Below are positions 1 to 13,565 of a DNA stretch of 64,000 bases, piece by piece; within the stretch, counting starts at the first letter, position 1, and every line of letters starts with the position of its first letter. The notes beneath the pieces were generated by a model that was given only the letters and a program-made list of their open reading frames with translations, was not told the DNA's origin and searched no databases. This DNA is from Octopus sinensis. Its lineage: Eukaryota. Made by a program: the position numbers and the translations under genes. The stretch covers positions 110,360,001 to 110,424,000 of the forward strand of contig NC_042999.1 in NCBI RefSeq assembly GCF_006345805.1. Reading direction: 5' to 3'.

Positions 1-1102
1 GTGGTGTTGATGGTAATGGTAATGGTGGTAGGGGTGATAGTTGTCACAGTTGTAGTGGTGAAAGCGTTGATGATGGGGAAGTGTTGGCAATGGTGGTATT
101 CACACTGGTGGTATTGACGGTGGAGGTGGTGATGGTGGTATTGTGATGTCACAATGATGGTGATGGTAGTAGTGGTAGCAGTGGTGTTGATGGTGCTTGG
201 AGTGTGTATGGTCCCGGTGACTGTGGAAGTAGTGCTAGTTGTAACGAAGGCAGGGATGAAAGTGTTGGTGCCTAACTAAGAGATCAAACAGGTGATTGAA
301 TCTATTTGAGCAAACATTCTATCATCATATGAAGTAACTGAATCAATTGTTGTTGTTGTTGTTGCTGTTATTGCTACCATTTAACCCTGGGTCAGCCTTG
401 ACTAAAATAATTTGTAATCAAAGACAATCAAGCCATGACTAACCTGAGTTTCTCTCTTCTGTTTCTTTTTTTGATTTTCTTTTGCCAGGAAATACATCCA
501 GGGTCACATTATTGAATATGTCCTCTGAAAACAGTAAGTATATGATGTCAGGAGGGATTTTGCTGTTTTTTCTATCAGGTAAACATATCACACAAAAGCT
601 CCCTTGCTAAAATAATTTTATTAACCCTTTTGCATTCAGGTTAATCTGGCAAATGTGATGCTCATTTATTCATATTTCTTTTACTTTTACTTGTTTCATC
701 TATTAGACTGCGACTATGTTGGGGCATGACATTGAAGAATTTCAATCAAACAAACCAGCAGCAGTACTTATATATATATATTTTTTTTTATAAGCCTAGT
801 ACTTATTCTACTGGTCTCTTTTTCCAAACCTTAAACACCATCTCTAGATGTCAAGTGGTGGTTGTGGTGGGACAGACACAAAGATATACACACACAAACA
901 ACACACATATATATATATATATATTCTTTTATTCTTTTACTCATTTCAGTCATTTAACTGCAGCACCACCTTTAAAAAATAAGTTTTCCTGTACACATGG
1001 GACTCGAACCCACACCCCTTTGTTTTCGTAACAAAAATGCTACCATTATATATGTATAAATATATATGTGTGTGTGAATATATATATATATATATATATA
1101 TA

Positions 1103-1405
1103 TTGATAGAAATGGTAAGACAACAAAAGAATGAAAGAGACCTCGATATTATGTAAACAGAGGAATTTATCAGTAAATATAATATGTGACAATTATTCGA
1201 TAGCCATGATAAAACTCCGAGTTTTGGATGCCGGGTCAGAAACCCATGCCGCCATCTCTTCACTTATCCAGCCATCGAAAAAATGGTCCACTTTTTCTTT
1301 TGATAGTCAGATAACTGCAGAGATGGCAGTGTGGGTTTCCGCCCCGACATCCAAAACTCAGAGGTTTATCATGGCTACCGAATAATTGTCACATATTATA
1401 TTTAC

Positions 1406-1410
<5 letters not shown>
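1103..1410. mobile_element. Penelope-like tail element between (TA)n tracts, carrying two inverted, degenerate hammerhead motifs (1208-1268 minus, 1310-1370 plus)
   Basis: Arms of about 95 bp (approx. 1167-1262 and 1317-1410) are reverse complements. Each reads GATAA-(C/G)TG(C/A)AGA-GATG...CATC-C-AAAA-CTC(A/G)GAG-(T/G)T-TTATC. A second copy lies inverted at 7495-7767. Confidence 0.7.
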
Positions 1411-1444
<34 letters not shown>

Positions 1445-1447
<3 letters not shown>

Positions 1448-1770
1448 ATGAACCGACTTCATTACGTAATATTTTAATAAGGAAAAGCAAATCACAAGTA
1501 TTTACTCACAATCAACTTTTATTCCCTGTCTTACAAGTGTTCAATGTGGTCACCATCTGCAGCATGGACAACATCAATGTGATAAGAGAATTCCTCCCAG
1601 AGGCATATCTGCTTGGCTTGTGAGATCCCCAAACCTGACCATGCGTGTAATTCTTTTCTTGTGGGTACATGCAAAAGATCGTGTTTATGTTCCACCACTA
1701 CCCACTAGCCTCGATGACTTTAAACATCGAATAACAACAGTGATCAACTCAGTGGATCATGATATGCAGT
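1445..1770. mobile_element. Tc1/mariner-superfamily transposase C-terminal remnant, internally inverted
   Basis: Plus 1612-1768 encodes RSPNLT..FLWVHAKDRVYVPPLPTSLDDFKHRITTVINSVDHDM. The continuation WEEFSYHIDVVHAADGDHIEHL* lies on the minus strand at about 1525-1602. Confidence 0.7.
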
Positions 1771-3136
1771 GGAATGGCATTCCGTCCAAGTGCGGAATTT
1801 ATACAACATGGAAACCAGGTACTCAGCACTTGTCTCAAGAAGGTAACTCTACTTCTTTTTTTTATATGTGTGCATGTCCTTGCTTTGACATTATGTGATA
1901 GCTCTAAACAAGTGTCACCACCATGCAAGTGGTGTTGTTTGTTTCAAATCTTCTTTGGAAACATGTCTGGTTATGGAGAAATATACCTTATTTAGAAATA
2001 TGTGAGGGTTGGCAAAAGATGGGCATCTTGCTATAGAAAATCTCCTTCAGCAGATTCTTTCTGACCCATGCAGGCTTGGAAAAGTGGATGTTAAAACGAT
2101 GATGATGTGGTCCTTGATTTCATTTTATTTTCTTTCTGTCTTTTGGGCAAGAGGGAAGACAGTGCCAGTAACTCTCTACAGGTGGCAGAGAGGGACGATG
2201 GTATCATCGAACCAAAGATCTGGTCTGAATACTAGCAATGGTGTGGTGTCTGCTAAAGCTACACAATACATCTAACCTACAAACAAACTAGGTGGCACGG
2301 TCACGCTTGGGATGGCTTTTGATCATAGGTTCACTAGCTGGATCAAGGAAGGATGGGATATACTGCAACCAAACAACAACAACAGTAGCAGCAGCAGCAA
2401 CAAAAACAACAGCAACAATAACCATAGAAAGGTATCAATCATGTTTTGTGTCCAATTCATTTGGATACACATACATGACCAATTACAAATTAAATACCAA
2501 AGTAAAATAAACGGAAATAAAAAGTATATATTAACTATTTTCATTGTTCTTATTATTGTTCTTATCATTTTGTTCTCTATTTATCACACAGAGATATCAC
2601 CATGGTGTGACGGATATGTTTATCTCAAGATTGCTCACATGACAATGAGTCTTTAATAACACCCATGACATCATTTAAAGGCATGCTGTTAGTGTTAATG
2701 TTAGTGATAAGAGGTAACGGAAAAAAAAAAATTAAAATGAGGAAATAAATACTTGGTCTTTTATTTAATTCAATTTATATTTTAATTTTTTTCAAAAAGT
2801 TTATTTATTTAAATGTTTTTGAAGTATCAATGTATGTATATGAATATATGTGTATATATTCATATATATATATATTTATACACATAGCTATATATACATA
2901 TATACAATCATATATATATACATATATACATATGTATATACATACATTTTGGAGGGAAAATTTTATTGAATTGTCTGTCTCTGTCAGAGCAAATCATGAA
3001 ACAAGTTTCAAAGTTTTTGTTATCCTCTTTCTGTTTTCTTCTCTCCTGTCATGAACTTATGTATATATGTGTGCGTATGTGTGTGTGCTTGTGGGTGTAC
3101 ATGGTGCATCTGTACACACACATACACACACACGCG

Positions 3137-3182
<46 letters not shown>

Positions 3183-3224
3183 ACACACACACACATATAT
3201 ATATATATAATATATATATATATA

Positions 3225-3255
<31 letters not shown>

Positions 3256-4427
3256 TATAAATGTATATACATGCATTTACATATATACATATATATATAA
3301 ATGTATGTACATGCATATATATATATATATATTTAAATATATACCACTAGCGAGCACTAGTTTACGATTGGAATATGTGAGCTATCCATTGCTGTTTAAA
3401 TTAAAACCTAGATGGTTAATGAAGATGTGCAGCTATCCATGTGTGTCTGCATCTATTTATACATAATTAGCCATGCATTTTATTGTTGTAGTCACCATGA
3501 TCATGTTCATCATTATCATCATCATCACCACAACACTCATACGTGTGTGCATTATATATCCATGACTTGGCTGCTTCTTTGTATTACAAAAACATGTAGT
3601 TCCATGGCACTACAACCAAAATATAAATGATCTTCATATGCACACATACACATACACATATACTCACACGCACATAGACATATTTATATATACACACATA
3701 TTCATATGCACATAGATACATATATCTATTTCATTATTTCTCCTTGAAGTGAGATGGTGAACAGTAAAATTGGTGTGATATATAATATGTATATGATAAG
3801 TACTAGGCTAAAAAAGAATAAGTCTTGAGGTCAATTTGCTCAGCTAAAATCCTTCCATGAGGTACCCCAGCATGGCCATGGTTAAATAACTGAAACAAGT
3901 AAAGGATGAAAGATCATGATAAAATTTTTTTTAATAGATTCAGTTTCAAGAGAACTGTCGTCATTGTTGTCTTTGTCATCGCCGTCATCCTTGTTGTCAT
4001 CCTTGTCCCCATCCTCATCATCCTCATCTTCGTCCTTGTCATCCTCATCGTCATCATCATTGTTGTTGCTTAGCTCCAGTCAAGATCTGAATGAACAGAT
4101 TTAGGATCAAATAATTACCTTAGCACTGTGTATCTGAGATGGCATTATCATATATGTCCATTCTGGATTAAGTTGGATAGGTGATAGGGTGGGATGTGAA
4201 CAGCATGTAGCTGATCTTTCTAGCAAAATGAGCAACTTGATAGAAGATCCTTTGTAGCTTTTTAAGCACAAATCAGAAACTGGCGTGAATAAATCGACTA
4301 ATATCACACAGTCCTCCAACAAATTTTTCTGGTTTTTGTGACTGTCTTACAATTATAATTTAGCTCTACATCTTTGCAAACCTCTCTGCCTGCAGAACGG
4401 ACTTGTAAATATGTGGATATGCAAGCT

Positions 4428-4826
4428 GTAGGAGTGGCTGTGTGGTAAGTAGCTTGCTTATCAACCACATGGTTCCAGGTTCAGTCCCACTGCGTGGCAC
4501 CTTGGGCAAGTGTCTTCTACTATAGCCTCGGGCTAACCAAAGCTTTGTAAGTGGATTTGGTAGATGGAAACTGAAAGAAGCCCATCGTATATATGTATGT
4601 ATGTGTGTGTATATATGTATATGTTTGTGTGTCTGTGTTTGCCCCTTCCCCCCAACCGATGCTGGTGTGGTTACGTCCCCGTAACCTAGCAGTTCATTAA
4701 AAGAGACTGATAGAATAAGTGCTCGGCTTACAAAGAATAAGTCCTGAGGTCGATTTGCTCGACTAAAGGTGGTGCTCCAGCATGGCCACATTCATATGAC
4801 TGAAACAAGGAAAAGAGTAAAAGAGA
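4428..4826 (+). mobile_element. SINE family A (tRNA-derived head, microsatellite core), near full length
   Basis: Head GTGTGGTAAG (A box) ... GGTTCAGTCCC (B box), central (TA/TG)n, tail GGTGCTCCAGCATGGCCAC...ACTGAAAC...AAAAGAG. Many homologous copies occur in the window. Confidence 0.8.
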
Positions 4827-5076
4827 ATATTTTGAACTAATCTCCCTTTTGTAAGTTTACTGCATAGTGATGCTCTCTCAGATTTTTTATACCCCTTTTG
4901 ATATCAATCCACTTAAAACCAGCCTTCATTCTATGATAAAAAATACCGTTTAAAAATTCAAAATGGTCCTAATTCATCTTTAACTGTGAGTTATTTGCTT
5001 TCTCTTTTGCATAAAAAAATAATTTTTAGCTGGTAAGTTTCCTTCTCTCCATAGGCCATTTAACTCTGACCAAAAT

Positions 5077-5431
5077 TTGTTGGTACTACATTTATGATTT
5101 TAGTAGGATCACCAAAGAAAATTCTGTGCTAGTTTTCCTTTTATCTTTCTTTTACTTGTTTCAGTCATTAGACTCTGGCCAGGCTGGGGCACTGCCTTGA
5201 AGAATTTTAGTCAAATGATTCAACCCTAGTACTAACCATTTTAAAAAATACCGGTTGTTGGTACTACATTTATGATTTTAGTAGGATCAACAAAGAAAAT
5301 TCTGTGCTAGTTTTCCTTTTATCTTTCTTTTAATTGTTTCAGTCATTAGACTCTGGCCAGGCTGGGGCACTGCCTTGAAGAATTTTAGTCAAATGATTCA
5401 ACCCCAGTACTAACCATTTTAAAGAATACCG
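5077..5431. repeat. Direct tandem duplication, about 178-bp unit, containing a SINE tail
   Basis: TTGTTGGTACTACATTTATG...AATACCG occurs at 5077 and 5255 with only a few differences. Confidence 0.9.
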
Positions 5432-5539
5432 ATACTTATTCTATCAGCCATTTTGCCATATGCTATGTTGCAAGAATGTAAATACATCAACTCTGGTTGT
5501 CAAGCAGTGTTGGACAACAAACAGAAACCAAAGGCATGT

Positions 5540-5585
<46 letters not shown>

Positions 5586-6224
5586 CACACACACACACAA
5601 CACACACAGATGATGATCTTCATTTCAGTTTCTGTCTACCACATCCACTCACAAGGATTTGGTCTGCTTGAGGGTATAGTAGAAGACACTTGCCCAAGGT
5701 GCCATGCAGTAGGACTGAACTCAGAACCATGTACATCTACATTTGTGCCTATTCGAGAAAGTCAGTTGCTTGATACCTGAACTGCATCAAAGTTTCAAAC
5801 TTAGCATCTCAGGAATTCCTCGCCAATCTAAGACATCTCTTACATCACACTTAATGGTTAGCATAACAGTCAGCATAATAGCATCAATGAACAGCATAGA
5901 TTGTTTCCAGATGAAGATCAGACTTAAACATTGCATTGTGGGATACATGCGTTGTTTATAAAGTGTTTAGTTTGCCAAAGAACTGCCTGAGTAAAGCATT
6001 TCAAACTGCTGGAAACTACAGACAAATTCCCATAAATCATATTCCACAATCTTAAAAAAGTGACATATTGTCTGTGTGGTAAGAAGCTTGCTTCCCAACC
6101 AGATGGTTCCAAGTTCAGTCCCACTGTGTGGTACTTTGGGCAAGTGCCTTGCACTGGGCTGATCAAAGTCTTGTGAGTGGATTTGGTAGATGAAAATTGA
6201 AAAAAAACTGTTGTATATATACTG

Positions 6225-6552
6225 AGACTCCCTTCGGTCATGACTGACCATGGGATTGCACCTAGAAAGTTACCCTCCAAGGCACAAGTCTGGGCAAGGT
6301 TGTTGATGGAAAACCAGTAGTCACCCATGCCTACCGGTCTCCCCTCTCTATGCCACTAGTGTTATCCAAGGGAAAGGCAAAGGCCGATACAGCTTGGCAC
6401 CTGTGACATCACAACTCATTTCTACAGCTGCATAAACTGGAGCAACGTGAAATAAAGTGTCTTGCTCAAGAACACAACACACAGCCTGGTCTGGGATTCG
6501 AAGTAACAACCCCATGGTCGTAAGCTCAATGCTCTAACCATTGAGCCATGCA
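6225..6552 (-). mobile_element. SINE family D (tRNA head, TTGAGCAAGACACTTTATTTCAC core)
   Basis: Homologous to 15976-16309 (plus). The minus strand reads TGGTTAGAGC...TTCGAATCCC head and CCCATGGTCAGTCATGACCGAAGGG tail. Confidence 0.75.
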
Positions 6553-6839
6553 TGAATATATATATATATATAAAATATATATATATATATAAATTCATAC
6601 TAGAATATAAGAACAAAATCACATTAATGATTTTTATTAGGTTGTCAGGATGCGATAAAAATTTGTAGGTAATTTATACATTAAATTGATAATTATATAT
6701 ATATGTATATAGCTATATTAAGGGATCAAGGGTGAAAAAAAATGACCTAATTCCAACATGCTTGAAAATGCTGAGGCATTCAGATACTACTGCAAAAACT
6801 CCAACGCTATACATGGATTGTAGGCGAGTAAGTGAAAAT

Positions 6840-7125
6840 ATACGATGCCAGCGCCGCCTCGACTGGCTTCCGTGCCGGTGGCATGTAAAAAGCACCAATC
6901 CGATCGTGGCTGTTGCCAGCCTCACCTGGCACCTGTGCCGGTGGCACTTAAAAAGCACCCACTACACTCACGGAGTGGTTGGCATTAGGAAGGGCATCCA
7001 GCTGCAGAAACACTGCCAAATCAGATTTGAGCCTGGTGCAGCCTTCTGGCTTCCCAGATCCCCGGTCAAACTGTCCAACCCATGCTAGCATGGAAAGCGG
7101 ACGCTAAACGATGATGATAATGACG
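6840..7125 (+). mobile_element. SINE family B with GGACG(T/C)TAAACGATGATG tail
   Basis: GTGGCAC(G/T)TAAAAAGCACC subrepeats, GGAAGGGCATCCAGCTG core, (GAT)n tail; homologous to 16585-17257 and 24171-24630. Confidence 0.8.
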
Positions 7126-7429
7126 AAAAAATAGAAAAGAGTGTAAAAACTACAGAAGGCTTGTTTTATAAGGTTAAAGAATATATTTAAGTCGTTATGT
7201 TAGAAAAATGTTATAAAATTTTGTGTATTGTAACATAGTTTTTGGAGAAATAACTGGTTTCGTGTATACTTTTCAAATTTCTCGAGTATATACAAAACTG
7301 GTTATTTCTCCAAAAACTATGTTACTATACACAAGATTTTATAGCATTTTTCTAACATATTGACTTAAATATATTCTTTAACCTTATAAAACAACCTTTC
7401 TGTAGTTTTTTCACTCTTTTCTATTTTTT
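7126..7429. repeat. Fold-back inverted repeat (about 145-bp arms, 14-nt loop) of a Penelope-like tail
   Basis: 7126-7270 is the reverse complement of 7285-7429 at roughly 90% identity by eye. Confidence 0.9.
7245..7283 (-). ncRNA. Degenerate minimal type I hammerhead ribozyme
   Basis: Minus strand: GAGAAAU-UUGAAAA-GU(AUAC)AC-GAAA-CCAG-U-U-AUUUCUC. Stem I is 7 bp and perfect; the core differs from CUGAAGA at two positions. Confidence 0.6.
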
Positions 7430-7494
7430 ATACATCCAACCACATGCTTTCACACACCAACATTCTCACCTATATATGTATATATATATATATA

Positions 7495-7767
7495 TCTGTA
7501 AATATAATATGTGACAATTATTGGGTAGCCATGATAAAACTCTGAGTTTTGGATGTCGGGGCAGTTTTAACGGTCATTTTCATAGCACTTTTTGGGCCCG
7601 ATAACTGAAGTGATAGCAGCATGGGTTTCCACCCTGACATCTGAAACTCAGAGTTTTATCATGGCTACCGAATAATTATCATATTATATTTACAGATAAA
7701 TTCCTCTATTTACATAATATCGAGGTCTCTTTCATTCTTTTGTTGTCTTGCCATTTCTGTCAATATA
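7495..7767. mobile_element. Second copy of the 1103-1410 element, inverted, with hammerhead-like motif at 7600-7660 (plus)
   Basis: GAUAA-CUGAAGU-GAUA...CAUC-U-GAAA-CUCAGAG-U-U-UUAUC; the tail GAGGTCTCTTTCATTCTTTTGTTGTCTT matches the reverse complement of 1103-1165. Confidence 0.7.
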
Positions 7768-8559
7768 TATATATATATATATATATCAATGTTTATATCA
7801 ATGTGTATCTTAGTATCTGTGTTTGTTCTTCCCCTATTGCTTGACAGCCAGTGTTGGTATGTTTACATTCCTGTAACTTAGCAGTTTGGCTTAAGAGATC
7901 AATAGAAAGCATATCAGGCTTTAAAAAAATGTACTGGGGTTGATTCAGTTGCCTAAGATTCTTCATGGCAGTGTCCCAGCATGGCCACAGTCTAATGACT
8001 GAAACAAGTAAAAGATAGAAGATAGTCCAACACACACATCAAGATGCTTGGTCATGGCTGGAATATAATTGATTGTAAGCTTACATACCTGCTCAGGTTG
8101 GAATCCCCTTGTACTATGGCACAAGGTCTTCATTAGGAACCACAACAAGAACAAAAGTGAATCAAGGAGGAAGCCTCTATGTAATCGTTCACCTTGCTAG
8201 AAATAGCAGCCGTTTCTCCCTCAGATCAGAATCTACCATCTTAAATGCAGGCACTACATATAGGATAAAATGGTTCTGTATCATTGATGGTCAATGCTTA
8301 AAATATCTTTGATCATAAAGTCTGCTTTATCAGGAAGCTGACCTTGGGTTTAACAAAAACACCACCACCACCACCACCAACAACAACAACAGCAATGCAA
8401 AGAAGTAAGACAACAATAACAACAATTGGGAATGATAGCAGAATCAAGAAGAACATGAAAAAAATACAAAGCAAAGAAAATAATAGTTAAAAATCAAAAG
8501 ATTTACTTTGATCGCAGCAACAACAACAACAACAAAAATCATCTTACTTCCAGTATAAC

Positions 8560-8776
8560 CACAAATACCACTACACTAGTAGTAGTAGTAGTGGTAGTAA
8601 TGGTAATAGTTGTCGTTATTGTTACTGTGGTGGTTGTAGTGGTTGTGGTGGTCGTGGTGATGGTAGTGGTAGTAGTATTAGTTGTGGTGGTGGTCGTAGT
8701 GGTTGTAGTGGTGGTAACAGTAGTAGAAGTGGTGGTGGTAGAAGTGATGGTAGTGGAGATAGTAGTAGTAGTAGTT

Positions 8777-8825
<49 letters not shown>

Positions 8826-8850
8826 CAGCAGTAGCAGTAGTTAATAGCAA
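8560..8850. repeat. (GTA)n/(GTG)n compound trinucleotide microsatellite
   Basis: Direct inspection; explains the poly-T/poly-V ORFs. Confidence 0.9.
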
Positions 8851-9948
8851 GAACATCGAGAATAACAAGATGACAATGCCAGCATAAAAATGTCTCTATA
8901 ATGTTGTTTTACCAATGCAACAAAAAGTACAAAAAAAGTACAAAAAGCAATGTAAAAAAAAAGGAAAAAAAACATGACGACAACAACAAAAAGTGCAGCT
9001 ATTGCAAGGACATCAATGACAACACCAACAATAACAACAAACTTCCTACTTTCTCTCTGTCCCCCTCCTTCCACCGACTCAATCTCCCACCCCATCTCTC
9101 TCTCTTTCTTTCTTTCTCTTCCTCTTTTTCTCTCTCCTGTTACAAGAGGAGTTTGTAGGGTCACAGCCAGGTGGCAAATACTTTCAATTACAGATGTAGA
9201 TTAATTAAAAGACAAATAAATGCACTCAGGAGGCAAAACAGCGTTTGGTGTAAAAAGCAATCCATTATCGAAAAACCCCTTTCGTAGAAAACAACATAGG
9301 AAGTCATCATCACCGCTGCCGCCACCACCATTACCACCACCACCACCACCACCACCCACCACCACCACCACCACCACCACCACCATCATCATCATCGTCG
9401 TCGTCACCACCACCACCACCACCAACTACAACAACAGCCACTGTAGTATAAAGAACTACAGCAGCTATAAAAGCAGCGGTAATTACACCAATAGAGACAG
9501 CAGCAGTAACAACAGCGACAACGACTGAGGCAGCTGCATGATATGTGGTTAAATGTATAAATAACAACAACAAGAACAACATCATCATCAACTATAATGA
9601 TAATAGTGATGAGATGATGATAAGAATGATGGAGATGTTTATGTTGATCATGACAGCAATGATGATGATGATTATAAAATGATAATAATGATAATATCAT
9701 TAATCATAATAATAATAATCCTTTCTACTAAAGGCCTGAAATTTTGGGGTAGGGCAACTAGTTGATTTACATCGACCCCAGTGTTTTACTGGTACTTAAT
9801 TCATTGACCTTCTGCACTCAAAAGGATGAAAGGCAAAGCTGACCTCAGTGAAATTTGAACCCAGAACGTAAAGACAGATGAAATGTCACTAAGCATTTTG
9901 CCTGGTATGCTAACGATTCTGCCAGATTGCCTAATAATAATAATAATA

Positions 9949-9979
<31 letters not shown>

Positions 9980-11024
9980 TACAACAACAACAACAATGAC
10001 AAGATGAGGATTATGACATTGATAAAAAGGGGTGATGTGAAGTATGATGATGATGATGAACGACAGAGATGACAATAGTAATAATCATAATCATAATAAT
10101 AATAATAATAATAATAATAATTATAATAATAATAGGGGAGCATCATAGCCATGTGTTGAGAGGGATTCTTTGGGGTTTGAATTATTCACCTCTGGAAACA
10201 TGGGTGTTTCGTTTAACATCCTTAAACAACCCTTATTCAGGAACCTTTTGAGTGAGAAGGGCTACTCGACCTGAAGAAAATTCTAACTGAGCCCCAACTG
10301 CAAGATCATGCACTATTTATCTTGATATAAAATCCCCATGTTGAGCACACATGTGCCTGGTGTACTCTTATCAGATGGGAATCATGATGGGTCTATTGGG
10401 CTTCGTATAATTATACCTCAGCATGTATTGCTCTCTCACTCAATAATAATAATTATTATTATAGTCCTTTCTACTATAGGCATAAGCCCTGAAATTTTGG
10501 GGGAGGGGCATAATCAATTATGTCACCCCTAGTGCTCCACTGGTACTTATTTCATTGACCCCCAAAAGGGTGACCTCAGTGGAATTTGAACTCAGATGAA
10601 ATGTTGCTAAGCATCTTTATGATATAAAGATCACATGAACTTTATCTCATGAAACCAAGGACAGTCTCAGGTGGTTTGGTATCAAAATGGTCAGTCCTTA
10701 CAGTTTTACTAATAAGGTACCTGAAAGTGCTGGAATTGATACGATTGGTTATACCACCAATTACGAAATTTATGGCAGTGTATCTGTTAGAAATCAGCAT
10801 TTTGTAGACTGCTATGATATTTTATTGACCCTTGAAGAGAACTTGGCAATCTTGACCTCTCTTAAGTTTTGAACTTGAGTGTTAATATCTCGAAAACTGA
10901 CACAAGTTCCCTTCTTCAAATGTCCCTGTCCATCTCAAAATTTAACCATGGGGTTAATTACCAAAATGACTATGAATGAAACACTACTGGATAGAAGAGA
11001 TAAGTGTTTCTAGACAGTTCTCAT

Positions 11025-11372
11025 TTATTTAACCTTGTGAGTTACTTGGTGACCCTGCCAGTGGTGGTGCCACATAAAAAATATCCAGTCCACACTGTAA
11101 AGTGGTTGGCATTTGGAAGGGCATCCAGCAGTAAAAATCATGCCAGAAATGACCTCGCTTCTGCTATTACCATGTAAAATGCACTGAGGCCACTCTGCAG
11201 AATGGTTGGTGTTAGGAAGGGCATCCAGGCATAAAAACCCTGCCAAAACTGACACAGTATTCTGGGGTAGTCTTCTACCTCACCGGCTCCTATCAACCAT
11301 CCAACCCATCTATGCATGCATGGAAGACAGACGTTAAACAATGATGACAATGATGATGATGTTGATGATAAT
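11025..11372 (+). mobile_element. SINE family B variant with internally duplicated core
   Basis: Two GGTTGGC/TGTTAGGAAGGGCATCCAG cores followed by the GACGTTAAACAATGATG tail; similar to 32880-33203. Confidence 0.7.
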
Positions 11373-11485
11373 ACATACATACAGACATATTTATATATAT
11401 ATATAGATTCAGATGAATATGGTACTTAAGTTAAAGGCACCAGAATTTAGTATGGTATTATCCATATAATTCAAAATGGGGTGAT

Positions 11486-11650
11486 TATAATCAAAATAAG
11501 CAACAAGGATATCCAGAAGTAATGTGGTATGATCGTTTCATGTGACTCCATTTAATTGAACAATTAATTTAATTCTTCAATTAAATGGAGTTGCATGAAA
11601 CGATCGTACTGCATTACCTCTGGATATCCTTGTTGCTTATTTTGATTATA
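11486..11650. repeat. Fold-back inverted repeat (75-bp arms, 15-nt loop) containing the 3' half of a hammerhead
   Basis: 11486-11560 pairs with 11576-11650. The right arm reads ...GUUGCAU-GAAA-CGAUCG-U-A-CUGCAUUA, with palindromic stem III ACGAUCGU. Confidence 0.85.
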
Positions 11651-11684
<34 letters not shown>

Positions 11685-11688
<4 letters not shown>

Positions 11689-12903
11689 GGTTTTTGGAAA
11701 GTAATTGCATTTTTTCACCACTATGAAATATGAATCAACCAATCACATCACCAAGGTTGAACAGACAAGAACTGTCTAGAAATATATATAATCTCTTTGA
11801 TTCAGCAGTGTGTCATTCATAGTTATTTTGGTAATTAACCCCATGGAGGATAAGAGCTTTATGATACAGCATATTTGCCATTGTTTACTGTATGAGTTTC
11901 AAAAGAAAAGTACTGCTACAAAAGCAATGAAAATCATTTGTGAAGTGTATCTAGATGCAGTGAAAGCTCATACATGTCAGCTGTGATTTAAAAGGTTTAA
12001 AGATAGTGGTTGTGACATATTCGACAAGCCCCATTCTAGAAGATGACCTACTCTGAATGATAAGCTTTTGAATGAGATTGTTGTATTGCATCCTTATCAA
12101 AGCACCAGTTATTTGGTGCAAAAATTTAATTTCATGTTCAACTATCAATGAGCATATCAAGCAAATTGGGGAAACATGAAAAGAAAGAATTTTGGTTCCA
12201 CATGAGCTTACACTTGAGAACCAACTATTTTCAATAGCCTTCTGACCTGGAATAAGAACCTGTCATTTCTGCTGTTCATTGTTACAGGTGATGAAAAATG
12301 GGTTTTGCATCTCAACAGAAAATGGAAAAGACGGTGATTAACGTGTAATGAGAAGCCATCCAAAACACCATCCGCAAAAATCGTAGCACTGTGTTTGGTG
12401 GAGCATGAAAGGTATCATTCATTACGAGCTACTGGAACATGAACCATCAACGCAGATGTAGATTGCCAACAACTTATTGTGAAATTGAAAAATTACATCA
12501 AAAGTGGCCAGCTTTGGTGAATGGAAAAGGTGTTATTCTCCAGCATGACAATGCATAGCCACACTCTTCAAAACAAACCCAATAAAAAATAAAATCGTTA
12601 GGATGGGAAGTTCTTCCTCATCCACCATACTCACCTGGCTTAGCACCTATGGATTTCCATCTGTTCCAATCATTAGAACATTTTATAAGAGACAAAACAT
12701 TCAGAAACAGAGAGTTGAAAACAGTCTTTCAGACTTTTTCTGGAAAAGAAATAGGTTTCTTTGAATGTAGCATAAAAATGTTACTTTCCCATTGGGCTGC
12801 AGTCATTGAAAACGATGGTGATAACATTCTTGATTAAAACTATTCAGTACATTTGTTTTTATATTCTTTCTGGTAAAATGCAATTACTTTCCGAATACCC
12901 CAA
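11685..12903 (+). mobile_element. Decayed full-length mariner (DD34D-type) transposon
   Basis: About 30-bp imperfect TIRs (TTAGGGTTTTTGGAAAGTAATTGC / GCAATTACTTTCCGAATACCCCAA) flanked by TA. Frameshifted motifs: LVPHEL, IVTGDEKWV, CVWWSMKGIIHYELL, LQHDNA, PHPPYSPGLAPMDFHLF. Confidence 0.9.
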
Positions 12904-13214
12904 TACACACACATGTGTTTGTATGTGTGTGTGTGTGTATGTGTGTGTGTGTAAATGTATACAGGCTGTTTCTTTCTACCAAATTCTTTCACAAAGGTTT
13001 GGTCAGCTTGCAGCCATAGTAGAAGACACTTGCCCACAGTGACGTACAGGGGGAAGGACCTGGAACCATGAGGTTGAGAAGCAAACTGCTTACCACACAG
13101 CTATATCTATACCAATAATATGAAGTGCTGCTAAGCATTTTATCCAGCATACTAACAATTCTCCGGATCACTACCATTTACCATGCTTGACAAAGTGCCT
13201 GCCTTTGGGTAACA

Positions 13215-13390
13215 GAAAATACAGGAGAATCAGTAAATTAAGATTTTATTCAACATATTCCCCTCTCAAATTCACACATTTATTGCAGTGGTCCTCCAGT
13301 TTTTCTAAAACCCTGTAAAAGTACTCAGGAGGTTGGGCCTCCAACCAGGCCTTTCACAATGCCCTTAAAGCCAGGAACTTTTCAACACCT
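13215..13390 (-). mobile_element. Mariner 3'-end remnant
   Basis: The minus strand gives a frameshifted GF.KLEDHCNKCVNLRGEYVE*, typical of a mariner C-terminus. Confidence 0.55.
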
Positions 13391-13441
13391 GCTCATGTAT
13401 ATATTAATATAAGCATTGATGCATGTATGTATGTATGTATG

Positions 13442-13517
<76 letters not shown>

Positions 13518-13532
13518 CACACACACACACAC

Positions 13533-13565
<33 letters not shown>

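Noticed and set aside
1-280. Stop-free Thr-rich minus-strand frame (mucin-like)
   Set aside because: Degenerate (ACC)n repeat of a type common throughout the window; no unique domain.
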